This document shows positions 48,896 to 58,073 of a stretch of DNA of 64,000 bases, piece after piece. Position 1 is the first letter of the stretch. Every line of letters begins with the position of its first letter. Source of the stretch: a virus; IMG/VR virus record IMGVR_UViG_3300021961_000042, positions 41,564 through 105,563 of that record, one strand, 5' to 3'. The notes under the pieces were generated by a model. The model did no database searches, was not told the origin of the DNA, and worked only from the letters and a program-made list of their open reading frames with translations. A program made the translations under genes and the position numbers.

Positions 48896-50272
48896 ATGGC
48901 TATTAGATTTACGAGTATTTTAAGAGATTTAATTGTTGAGAGCTCAAGATTCCAAGTACTATTTGACAAATACGTTAAACCAAATAAAGAAACAAGAAAA
49001 GGTATAATGCCTTTTCATGTGTTATTTGAAATAATTGCCGCAGACCCAACATCAAGAGTTCCTGAAGGAATGGAAGCGGTTAATGCAAAACCAGAAGACA
49101 TGGAAAAAGTAAAAATTGGAAAATATACCCAATGGATACTTAAAAATTATGTAACACCAAAATTCGAATTAAGTAGTGGTATTACGGATCCTAATAGCCC
49201 CGCGGTTAAACAAGCAATTAAAGAATACCAAGCATTATTTTTAGAGGATCTTTATAAAGTTACAGGTGACTTAATGAAGTTTGAAAGATTCAAAAATAGA
49301 TTACCCCAAGAATATAGAGATATTAATAAATTAACACCCGAAACACTTTACGATCAAGTTAAAGATTTCAGTTTAGAAAAAACTAAGGCGACCGCTGACG
49401 AGAAAAAAGAGGCATCAACGTCATACCAACATCCAGGAGCTGAAGAAGTTAAAAGATTTGGTGAATGGACTGTTGTTAAAATTTCAAATACAGGACAAAT
49501 AGGTAAAGACGCGGCATGTTTTTATGGTGGATATTATTTAGAACCACAAAAAGGTGAAACAAGATGGTGTACATCATCGCCAGGTTTAACATGGTTTGAT
49601 AGATACATTAAAGATGGTCCTTTATATGTTGTTATCCCTAATTCACCACGTAAATTTACAGGAAGTATGGAAGTTGGCGAAAAAACAGGTCTTCCAGCAT
49701 TAAGATATCAATTTCACTTCCCATCTAATCAATTTATGGACCCTGCGGATAGAAATATTGACTTGGTTAAATTTTTACAAGATAGTGAAGAAGGTTTAAG
49801 AGAATACTTTAAACCTCAATTCATGAAAGGTTTGTCTCAAAATAACGGTGAAAAAGTATCAGTTAACTATCCGGGTGATTCGGCATCTAAATTCATCGCA
49901 CTTTATGGTTTTGAAGAGTTCTTTGATACATTACCTGAAAATATTAAAAGATTGGAATTTACACACAAAGGAGGAGGTGAATCGTTTAATTTACCATTAC
50001 CTGAAAGAATTGGAGATTTCAAACAACTAAGTGCTTTACACCTCGTTGGTTGTGTTTCTAAAATACCTGATAGTATTTGTAATTTAAAAGAATTGAAGTT
50101 CTTATCATTACCTGATAATCCAAACTTACAACCTTTACCGGCATGTTTGGCTGAATTACCAAAATTATCAATTGTTAATATTAAAGGTAGTACTGGTCAA
50201 AACGTAGTACCTGAAGCATTAAAACAGAGAGCAGAAAGAGATAATTCATTCTTTATTTTTGACACAAAGTAA
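48896..50272 (+). CDS. Leader-bearing protein with C-terminal leucine-rich repeats
   Basis: MAIRFTSILRDLIVES; TRWCTS...YQFHF..QFMD domain; LPERIGDFKQLSALHL/IPDSICNLKELKFLSL LRRs. Confidence 0.75.
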   Translation: MAIRFTSILRDLIVESSRFQVLFDKYVKPNKETRKGIMPFHVLFEIIAADPTSRVPEGMEAVNAKPEDMEKVKIGKYTQWILKNYVTPKFELSSGITDPNSPAVKQAIKEYQALFLEDLYKVTGDLMKFERFKNRLPQEYRDINKLTPETLYDQVKDFSLEKTKATADEKKEASTSYQHPGAEEVKRFGEWTVVKISNTGQIGKDAACFYGGYYLEPQKGETRWCTSSPGLTWFDRYIKDGPLYVVIPNSPRKFTGSMEVGEKTGLPALRYQFHFPSNQFMDPADRNIDLVKFLQDSEEGLREYFKPQFMKGLSQNNGEKVSVNYPGDSASKFIALYGFEEFFDTLPENIKRLEFTHKGGGESFNLPLPERIGDFKQLSALHLVGCVSKIPDSICNLKELKFLSLPDNPNLQPLPACLAELPKLSIVNIKGSTGQNVVPEALKQRAERDNSFFIFDTK

Positions 50273-50325
50273 AAAGTATAGAAAAAATTTCTTATCTTTG
50301 TTTATTGAAATTAAAAAATGAAGTT

Positions 50326-50607
50326 ATGAGAAATTTAGATATAGACATTTACATGACAAACTTCAAGGGGTTCTTTGATAAAAACCCCGAACAATTGACA
50401 CAACTGATAGGTTTAATAGACTCAGAAAAGTTTTTTGATGGTGTTAGAAGTATTGTAGAAGAAAATTCTAAGGATGAAGAAAAGGCACTTGAACCAACAA
50501 GAAAGCAACTTATAGATTTAATAGTAAAACTTAATGGTAACAAAACAGGCGTTGATAAAGTAATGCCATATATGCAACACCACATGGGTTTAATTTGTAT
50601 GAATTAG
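50326..50607 (+). CDS. Hypothetical protein
   Basis: ATG downstream of TATCTTTG box. Confidence 0.55.
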   Translation: MRNLDIDIYMTNFKGFFDKNPEQLTQLIGLIDSEKFFDGVRSIVEENSKDEEKALEPTRKQLIDLIVKLNGNKTGVDKVMPYMQHHMGLICMN

Positions 50608-50629
50608 TAACATTTAAATAAATTTTATT

Positions 50630-52339
50630 ATGTCAGATATGACAGTCCTTTTTAAAAAGGAATTCAAAGAGTATAATACATTTTTTTATAAAGATTTTAA
50701 TAAAATTGATTACTCAAATAATCATGATGAGTTATTCAATTCAGAAATGTATTGGGTACCAAAAAATCCACCTAGAGGATGGGTTGGTAATTTTACCTCA
50801 ATTAAAGGTGATAGTGGTGTTGCAAAAGATGAAGAAACATATGTAAAAAATTATGGTAATCCTTTAACTGAAACACATTTAAAAAGAATATTATTTGTTA
50901 TTGAAGAAAATGAAGACAAAATAAGTTTTAAAGTTTTCAGATATGTAAGTATGAGAGGTGTAGGTAAAAAATATTTTAAAGTTAGAAAACAAATTTATTT
51001 TCTAACATTTAACTATAAGAGAAAGTTATTTTATACCGGAGAATCTACATTCAAAAGGAAACAAAAATTAGGGTTCAGATGTAAAGTTAATGTTCCCGAC
51101 ATTGAGGTGACATCAATCATGAATGAACTGAATTATTATTTTACAGTTCATGAAAGATATGATGTAATCCATATGTTTTTAAATAAAATAATTGAAAAAA
51201 CTAATGCCAAAGTTTCAACAAATAATTTCAACACAATACAAGAAAAGTATTATGAAATTATTCTTCAAAATTCAAAAATAAAATACCCAAATGCTTTTTT
51301 GAAGTTTTCTAAAATGTTTGCACCAACTAAAGAAGTAAGAAAGTATGATGCCAATTTGGTTACTTGGTTTATGAAAAAAAATAATCTGAAAGGTGTAAAA
51401 ATAAGACAACTTTTAAATAACTATAATTATTTGGACATTGATGGTGTTGTTGAGTTATATAGATTTTTAGGACAAGACTTATTTAATAAAATTAAAGAGG
51501 AGGTTTTTTTTACAACAGAAATGTATTCAGTTTATAATCCGGTATCGGATGGTGGTATATATTATGAAAATATGGAATCACTTATTACAAAAAAAGAAAA
51601 AGAAAATATACTTAACATTTTGAATGAAACAAAATCTAAAAATTTTTTAGGCACATTAAGGGACCATTTAAGATTTAAACATAAACTTTTGAATTATGGT
51701 GAGGAAGTTAAAATAGTTGCAAAGAATTTAGAAGAGTTCGGCCAAGAACACGTAGAATGGTCAACATTACTTGAATCATATAGTAATGGTCACGTCACTA
51801 GATTTTACGGAGAAGATACCGTTTTGGTTGAAGATCCAATCTACACTTCAGACGAAACCTATTTTCCAATACTTTTAAAAACAACAGAAGATTATCAGGG
51901 AGAATCTGCTCATCAACATAATTGTGTAAGAACATATTCGGAAAAGGCCCATTGTTTTATTGTGTCACTTAGAAAAGGATGTAAAGATAGTAATGATAGA
52001 GCAACAATTGAATATCAATTCACGCAAAATGGAATAAGAAGAACACAAACTTTAGGTAAATATAACAAGATGTTGACAGACGAATGGATTGAGGCTGTTG
52101 ATGATTTAGATAAAAGACTAGATTATCTTTTCAAAAAAGGTTTTATAAAATTACCGGTAATGACTAAAAAGTATAAAAATGGAAGGATTAATAGAATGTT
52201 TGCTAAATTTAAGGAGTATGACGAAACAAAATCTGTTTATGATATTTATCCGAGATGGGTTAATGAAATAAATGATGAAATTAATATAAGTTTTGATTTC
52301 AATTATGGTTATGACGAACTATTTATAGACTTACCATGA
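50630..52339 (+). CDS. PcfJ-like domain protein
   Basis: C-terminal ESAHQHNCVRTY...IVSLR...RATIE...QTLGKYN. Confidence 0.7.
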   Translation: MSDMTVLFKKEFKEYNTFFYKDFNKIDYSNNHDELFNSEMYWVPKNPPRGWVGNFTSIKGDSGVAKDEETYVKNYGNPLTETHLKRILFVIEENEDKISFKVFRYVSMRGVGKKYFKVRKQIYFLTFNYKRKLFYTGESTFKRKQKLGFRCKVNVPDIEVTSIMNELNYYFTVHERYDVIHMFLNKIIEKTNAKVSTNNFNTIQEKYYEIILQNSKIKYPNAFLKFSKMFAPTKEVRKYDANLVTWFMKKNNLKGVKIRQLLNNYNYLDIDGVVELYRFLGQDLFNKIKEEVFFTTEMYSVYNPVSDGGIYYENMESLITKKEKENILNILNETKSKNFLGTLRDHLRFKHKLLNYGEEVKIVAKNLEEFGQEHVEWSTLLESYSNGHVTRFYGEDTVLVEDPIYTSDETYFPILLKTTEDYQGESAHQHNCVRTYSEKAHCFIVSLRKGCKDSNDRATIEYQFTQNGIRRTQTLGKYNKMLTDEWIEAVDDLDKRLDYLFKKGFIKLPVMTKKYKNGRINRMFAKFKEYDETKSVYDIYPRWVNEINDEINISFDFNYGYDELFIDLP

Positions 52340-52689
52340 CAAATGAAATAGAAAAAAATATTGTACCAGATCATGTAGTTGATATTTTTAATAAAAAATA
52401 TGAATTATATCCTTGTTTTACCCAAACAAGGAATGTAACATTAGAAGCAATTGATGTATTGACAAAAAAAAATAAAATATTATGGTTTTACAAGATACAT
52501 AATGATAATTTTTTAATAAGAGAAGCTTTAATAGATTACAGTAGTCTTTACAAAATAATGATCTATGTTGAATCTAAAAAAAATGAAAAAGTCTATAAAT
52601 TAGTTATACTTTCACCAAGCGAAGTGACAACTAACATTGACTTACTAATAAAAGGATTAAATAAATTTTTTACAATTGATAAAATATGA
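52336..52689 (+). CDS. Hypothetical protein
   Basis: ATGA-coupled, 117 aa. Confidence 0.55.
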   Translation: MTNEIEKNIVPDHVVDIFNKKYELYPCFTQTRNVTLEAIDVLTKKNKILWFYKIHNDNFLIREALIDYSSLYKIMIYVESKKNEKVYKLVILSPSEVTTNIDLLIKGLNKFFTIDKI

Positions 52690-52970
52690 AAGTAAGTGTA
52701 GTTTTTACAATGAAAGGTTGCCCACATTGTACAACAATAAAAGAAGAATTAAATAAACAAAATATACCTTTTATTGAAAGAGATATTGACGAATATCAAG
52801 AAGAATATGAAGAATTTTCAAAGGCAACACAAAATGATTATGTACCTGCACTTATGTTACTTACTTTAGATGAAGAAGAAAATGCAACAAATATTAAATT
52901 ACTTGCGCCCGATAGAGACTTCAATGACATATATGAGGGTATTGAACTTATAAAAGAATACCTTTTATAA
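52686..52970 (+). CDS. Glutaredoxin-like protein
   Basis: FTMKGCPHC, YVP. Confidence 0.8.
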   Translation: MKVSVVFTMKGCPHCTTIKEELNKQNIPFIERDIDEYQEEYEEFSKATQNDYVPALMLLTLDEEENATNIKLLAPDRDFNDIYEGIELIKEYLL

Positions 52971-53834
52971 GAATATCAAATCTTTAGTGTTATGATAATT
53001 TTCCCAAATTTGGTTAGATCCATTTTTTAGATAATCAATCGTATCTATTTTTGATAAATCAAATTCTTTTTGTAATCCTCCGATTGTAAAATCAAAATTA
53101 TCTAAAATTAAACTTTCTAAAAAATCTTTTTTGGTAATATCATTTTGAATTTTAAAATTAATTGACTCATTATCTATCTTATCTAATTCTAAATTATTAG
53201 AAATTGATAATTTTATGTTATTACAAAAACCCCTATTGAAAAGATTATAAATAATTTTATTTGCTAAAACATAATAGTATTTAACACCATTATTAGATAA
53301 TCCATAAAATTTATCAGATTGATAAACCTCATATGAAAAATTACTCTTATAAAAAGAATAATTTTTTGTAAGATCACCAAAAATAGAGTCATCATATAAC
53401 TTAATAGACTCAACATCATAATGAACCGATTGATTGGTTTGGTCAACTTTCATAAACACATCATAACCATCTTTATTAAGTTGATTAGAAATACTTTGAA
53501 ATTTCTTTATACACCTAAATTCTTTTTTACCAAAGGAAAAATTAATGTGAAATGTTTCTGAATTTATGTTTTTAGAGTAAGTGATTAAATCAAAAACCTT
53601 TACACTTTGATCAGGTTTTCCACAATAATCTCTATAGAAATTTTTAAATACTTCAGATATTTCTATTATATTAGTTGATGATGTAAAACCTTTAACAATA
53701 AAAAAACTCCTGACGTTAATAACAGTAATTTCTGTTTTTGCGTCAGGAGATTTCTTATCAATTTCTTTTACAACTAATTCGGCTAAAATATTACATAAAT
53801 TTTTCCCTACTGAGAAACTTGAAACTTCAATCAT
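52965..53834 (-). CDS. Degenerate S-adenosylmethionine synthetase-like protein
   Basis: LCNILAELVV...SPDAKTEITV...FFIVKGFTSS resembles the MetK N-domain; no GHPDK. Confidence 0.4.
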   Translation of the reverse strand: MIEVSSFSVGKNLCNILAELVVKEIDKKSPDAKTEITVINVRSFFIVKGFTSSTNIIEISEVFKNFYRDYCGKPDQSVKVFDLITYSKNINSETFHINFSFGKKEFRCIKKFQSISNQLNKDGYDVFMKVDQTNQSVHYDVESIKLYDDSIFGDLTKNYSFYKSNFSYEVYQSDKFYGLSNNGVKYYYVLANKIIYNLFNRGFCNNIKLSISNNLELDKIDNESINFKIQNDITKKDFLESLILDNFDFTIGGLQKEFDLSKIDTIDYLKNGSNQIWENYHNTKDLIFL

Positions 53835-53900
53835 ACTTTTTTTTTATAAGTTTATTTTTAACAATCTTATAAAAAATAAAAATATGTCTAAATAGTTTTT

Positions 53901-54041
53901 TTATTTCTTATTGTAATACTTTTCTACTATGTGTTGTACTGCAGACTTAACCGATTCGTTATTTTGTTGTGTTGTCTGTTGAGTCTGAACAGGTTGTTGT
54001 GCCTGTTGACCATTGTTTTTATTTTTGCAACCGCATCCCAT
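53901..54041 (-). CDS. 46-aa MGCGCK peptide (not in ORF track)
   Basis: MGCGCKNKNNGQQAQQPVQTQQTTQQNNESVKSAVQHIVEKYYNKK; TATTTATA upstream on the minus strand. Confidence 0.6.
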   Translation of the reverse strand: MGCGCKNKNNGQQAQQPVQTQQTTQQNNESVKSAVQHIVEKYYNKK

Positions 54042-54126
54042 GACTAATATTTTTATAGGTTTATTTTATATATAAATATTTATAATGTATGATTATTCAT
54101 TTGTAAACATAAACTATTTATAAAAT

Positions 54127-55311
54127 ATGAGTTTAAATTCCTTAATTAAAAAAATAATAAAAGAAGAAACCGAAGAGTGGGTTGACGTTAGTCCTGAAGA
54201 ATATAAAGAACTTTTGGATTATGTTAATGGTGATGGTTCTATTATTAAAAGACTTCCTGATTATGCTGGTAAAAAAATTAGAATTACCGGTGAATTAGAT
54301 CTTAGAGGAAAAGAAAAAGTCACAAATATAGATAGTATTGATTTAGTACAAGGTGATTTAGACATCAGTTATACTAAAATTCCATTTTTTGATAAAAATA
54401 AAGTAAGAGGTAGGTTAGATTATTGGGGTTCTGAAATGCAAAGATTAGAAAAACAAAAAATATACGAAGAAAGAATTGCATATCAAAACGAATTAAGAGA
54501 AGATGGTGCTTGGAATGTTGAAAATGATGATAAAGAATCAAATGAAACTGAAGCAATTTTTTATTATCTTGAAGAAGGTGGGATTGTACAAGAAGGTGAA
54601 GATAAATATTTTTTAGTTAATACCAAATACAAACACTATGGCGATTCAAGTGTGTATATGTGGTTAGGATCAAAAAACTTTGAAAGTGAATATGTTGTTT
54701 ATGAAGGAGAAGATAATTTACATGAAGCTGCAAAAGAAAATTTAGAATCACTAATTGATGATGTTGGTTTTGATGCCTTTAATCAATACGTTTGGGAAAA
54801 CCATATTGATGAAAGATACGTGAGAGACTACCTTTATGAGGACTATAGTGAATACGTTAGACAAAGTCCCGAAGATTGGAATATAAAAAGAGAATTAACA
54901 AATCAACAAAAACAATATTTAGAAATTCACCAAGCAAATATTGATAGGTTAAATCAAAAACTTGAAGAAGGTGGTCTTACTGATGAAGAAGTTGAAGAAA
55001 TTGAAAACGACATTTACGACTACGAACAATTAATGGAAGACATTAAAGAAAATCCAGAAGGTGATTACGATGAAGAATCAATCGAAGAAGCTATAGAAAA
55101 CATGGTTGACGACAATGTTGATAATATTTTTGACCTTTTAAGAGATAGAGGTCTTGATAATAGTGCGCTTTTAGATTTTGTTGATGTAGATGCCGCTATT
55201 GAATACGTAATTAGAAGTGATGGTTACGGACACACGTTAAATAGTTATGACGGAACAGAAGACTCATATAACATCAACGGAGAAGATTATTATGTTATGA
55301 GAATGAACTAA
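54127..55311 (+). CDS. Highly acidic leader-bearing protein
   Basis: MSLNSLIKKIIKEE; D/E-rich; TATTTATA at 54115. Confidence 0.7.
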   Translation: MSLNSLIKKIIKEETEEWVDVSPEEYKELLDYVNGDGSIIKRLPDYAGKKIRITGELDLRGKEKVTNIDSIDLVQGDLDISYTKIPFFDKNKVRGRLDYWGSEMQRLEKQKIYEERIAYQNELREDGAWNVENDDKESNETEAIFYYLEEGGIVQEGEDKYFLVNTKYKHYGDSSVYMWLGSKNFESEYVVYEGEDNLHEAAKENLESLIDDVGFDAFNQYVWENHIDERYVRDYLYEDYSEYVRQSPEDWNIKRELTNQQKQYLEIHQANIDRLNQKLEEGGLTDEEVEEIENDIYDYEQLMEDIKENPEGDYDEESIEEAIENMVDDNVDNIFDLLRDRGLDNSALLDFVDVDAAIEYVIRSDGYGHTLNSYDGTEDSYNINGEDYYVMRMN

Positions 55312-55360
55312 TCATTTACACTCATTAAAAAAACATCTATTTTTTATCTAAAATATTTTA

Positions 55361-56110
55361 ATGAAAACTGACTGGTTATTTCAAGACCCGATTGATTTAG
55401 AGCACAAACAATTAGTACTTTTAGGTTATTTACAAAAATTAGATAAAAACTTAAATAGTTTTAAACTATATCCCCAGTTTCAAGAAATATCATTACATCT
55501 GGCGAGTATCAATCTTTTAATAGAAAAAGGTCAAATTCTAACACTTAATAGAACATTAAAAGATCCTGATGATGAAATTTTAATTTCAGACTTAATTCCG
55601 GTTGATTGTCCCTTATTAACAAAAGAAGAAATACTTGAAGTGTATCATGTATGTAGATACTCTTCAACAAAACTAACAGATTACTTCAATCATGCTAAAG
55701 CTATTTGGGATATCGTTAATGATACTGTATCAATAGATCCGGTACAGAACCCAAAAAATATTGAACCAAAACAAGGTCTTTTCTTTTTAGAACATAATAA
55801 TAAAACGTATCTATATGAGTTTATTATAAAACCAATTAAAAGAGGTGGTTTAGAAACAAAGTGTCACATAAAAAGAATATGTGAATGTCCAAAAGGAGAT
55901 TTTGATGAAAAATTACAAGAGGTTAAAAAACCACTTATTAAAAATCTTCAAGATCCCGATGTACATAGTAAATTGATTGTATTTACTATTAACCACAACA
56001 ATAACTACCCACTCAAAGAGACATTACTTCCTATTGCAAAAAGAAAGATAATGAACTACATGATTCAATCAAAAATTATCAAACACAAAAATTTGACAAA
56101 TAAGATATAG
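55361..56110 (+). CDS. Hypothetical protein
   Basis: DWLFQDPIDLEHKQLVLLGYLQ N-terminus. Confidence 0.65.
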   Translation: MKTDWLFQDPIDLEHKQLVLLGYLQKLDKNLNSFKLYPQFQEISLHLASINLLIEKGQILTLNRTLKDPDDEILISDLIPVDCPLLTKEEILEVYHVCRYSSTKLTDYFNHAKAIWDIVNDTVSIDPVQNPKNIEPKQGLFFLEHNNKTYLYEFIIKPIKRGGLETKCHIKRICECPKGDFDEKLQEVKKPLIKNLQDPDVHSKLIVFTINHNNNYPLKETLLPIAKRKIMNYMIQSKIIKHKNLTNKI

Positions 56111-56136
56111 TTTCTTATTTTTCAAATAAAAAAGTC

Positions 56137-56331
56137 ATGGTAGTAAAACAAAGATCATTAAACGAGTTAAGACAGGAAAAAGAGTTCGGGTATAAACATC
56201 CGGCAGTTCAAAAAAAAGAAATCAACATTGATTCAAAAGTAATACTTGAACTAGTAAAAAAATACCCTAACGACATGGAGTTAGGTAAAGAAGTTAGAAA
56301 ATATTTGATACAACTTGGAATTTATGAGTAA
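56137..56331 (+). CDS. Hypothetical protein
   Basis: YPNDMELGKEVR motif. Confidence 0.6.
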   Translation: MVVKQRSLNELRQEKEFGYKHPAVQKKEINIDSKVILELVKKYPNDMELGKEVRKYLIQLGIYE

Positions 56332-56545
56332 AGAACAAGTAAATCACCCTGATCATTATGGGGGTGAAAATAACCTTTATGAAGCAATCAAGGTTATTGA
56401 TGCTTGGGATCTTGGATTTAGTTTGGGAAATACCGTTAAGTATATCTCAAGAGCTGGTAAAAAAAATAAAGAAAAGGAGTTGGAGGATCTAAAGAAGGCT
56501 TTGTGGTATTTACAACATCATATTGATACGTTAGAGAAAAAATGA
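56324..56545 (+). CDS. DUF3310-like protein
   Basis: VNHPDHY...GNTVKYISRAGKK...EDLKKALWYL. Confidence 0.8.
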   Translation: MSKEQVNHPDHYGGENNLYEAIKVIDAWDLGFSLGNTVKYISRAGKKNKEKELEDLKKALWYLQHHIDTLEKK

Positions 56546-57192
56546 AATATTTTTATTTTTTATTAATACTACTTTTAACTTCTTGTATTGAAATAATAGA
56601 AGATTTAAAAATTAATTTAGATGGATCAGGGACTTTCAAGTATTCAGTAAACCTTAGTCAAAGTAAAACCAAAACCTCAGCAATACTTGCTCTTGATAGT
56701 TTGCATGGCGAAAAAGTTCCTAAAATCTCTGAAATAAAAGAAAAAATTAGTTTGTTTAAAAAAAAATTACAAGAACAAGAAGGTATAACAAATGTCATCA
56801 TCACCGAAGATTATGAAAACTATATTGTGAGAATTCAGTGCGATTTTAAAAATGTGGAATTATTAGAAAAAGGTTTAAAAAACACGGCATCAAAGATGTA
56901 CCAAACAAATGAATATAATTATGATTGGATATGTTATAAGGGAAAAACTTTAATTAGAAAAACACCCATATTTAATTTAGATGATATTAGAAAGTTTGGT
57001 GATAAAGATATTGATAAGTTAAAGACTGGTAATTATACTTCAATTACAAGGTTTGAAAGTAAAATAGATACATTTGAAAATATAAACTCAATTAGATCTA
57101 AAAGTAATATGGCACTTATGATTAAAGTAAGTCCTGATATGTTACTACTAAACCAAAACCTTTTAGATAATAAAATAACATTAAAAAAATGA
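56542..57192 (+). CDS. Putative lipoprotein
   Basis: Lipobox LLTSC, then INLDGSG. Confidence 0.65.
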   Translation: MKYFYFLLILLLTSCIEIIEDLKINLDGSGTFKYSVNLSQSKTKTSAILALDSLHGEKVPKISEIKEKISLFKKKLQEQEGITNVIITEDYENYIVRIQCDFKNVELLEKGLKNTASKMYQTNEYNYDWICYKGKTLIRKTPIFNLDDIRKFGDKDIDKLKTGNYTSITRFESKIDTFENINSIRSKSNMALMIKVSPDMLLLNQNLLDNKITLKK

Positions 57193-58037
57193 TAGAAACA
57201 GGAAAAATTATAAATGGTGATTGTGTTGAAGTGATGAAGACATTACCTGAAGGATGTATTGATTTAGTCGTAACTAGTCCACCATATGGTGTCGGTATTG
57301 ATTATGACGTACATGAGGATGATGTTGAATTTGAAGATTATAAAGAATTTGCAAAAAACTGGTTGTCTGAGACATATAGAGTTTTAAAAGATGATGGTAG
57401 AATCGCACTTAATATACCCTATGAAATAAACAGACAAAAAAAGGGTGGTAGAATTTTTTTTGTTTCTGAAATGTGGCAAATAATGAAAGATATTGGTTTT
57501 GGGTTCTTTGGTATTGTCGATTTAGAAGAGGATAGTCCACATAGAAGTAAAACAACTGCTTGGGGTTCATGGATGTCACCATCAAGTCCTTACATATATA
57601 ACCCAAAGGAGTGTGTAATTTTGGCCTATAAAAAACATCACATTAAAAAAGTTAAGGGTGAACCACAATGGAAAGGAACTCCGACAGATATTGAGCAGGA
57701 AGATGGGACGTTTAAGAAAAAAATGGTTTATGACGAAAAGGATAAGAAAGAGTTTATGGAACTTGTGTTTGGTCAATGGAATTATTTTGCAGATACAAAG
57801 TCTTTAACAAAGGCAACATTCTCAATGGATATTCCAACAAAGGCGATTAAGATATTGTCCTACAAGAACGATATAGTTTTAGACCCATTTGCTGGTAGTG
57901 GTACTAGTTTAGTTGCTGCAGAAGTATTAGGTAGGAGGTGGTTGGGAATAGAACTTTCACTAAACTATACTGAAGTTGCAAGAACAAGAGTAGAATATTT
58001 TAAAAAATTAGAAGAAGTTAAAGAAGACCAACAGTAA
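57189..58037 (+). CDS. DNA methyltransferase, beta class (probably N4C)
   Basis: TSPPY and DPFAGSGTS. Confidence 0.9.
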   Translation: MIETGKIINGDCVEVMKTLPEGCIDLVVTSPPYGVGIDYDVHEDDVEFEDYKEFAKNWLSETYRVLKDDGRIALNIPYEINRQKKGGRIFFVSEMWQIMKDIGFGFFGIVDLEEDSPHRSKTTAWGSWMSPSSPYIYNPKECVILAYKKHHIKKVKGEPQWKGTPTDIEQEDGTFKKKMVYDEKDKKEFMELVFGQWNYFADTKSLTKATFSMDIPTKAIKILSYKNDIVLDPFAGSGTSLVAAEVLGRRWLGIELSLNYTEVARTRVEYFKKLEEVKEDQQ

Positions 58038-58050
58038 TGTTGGTTTTTTT
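58027..58050 (+). terminator. Intrinsic terminator
   Basis: ACCAACA-GTAA-TGTTGGT plus T tract. Confidence 0.75.
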
Positions 58051-58073
58051 GTTTTAGTTCATATTTATTTAAT

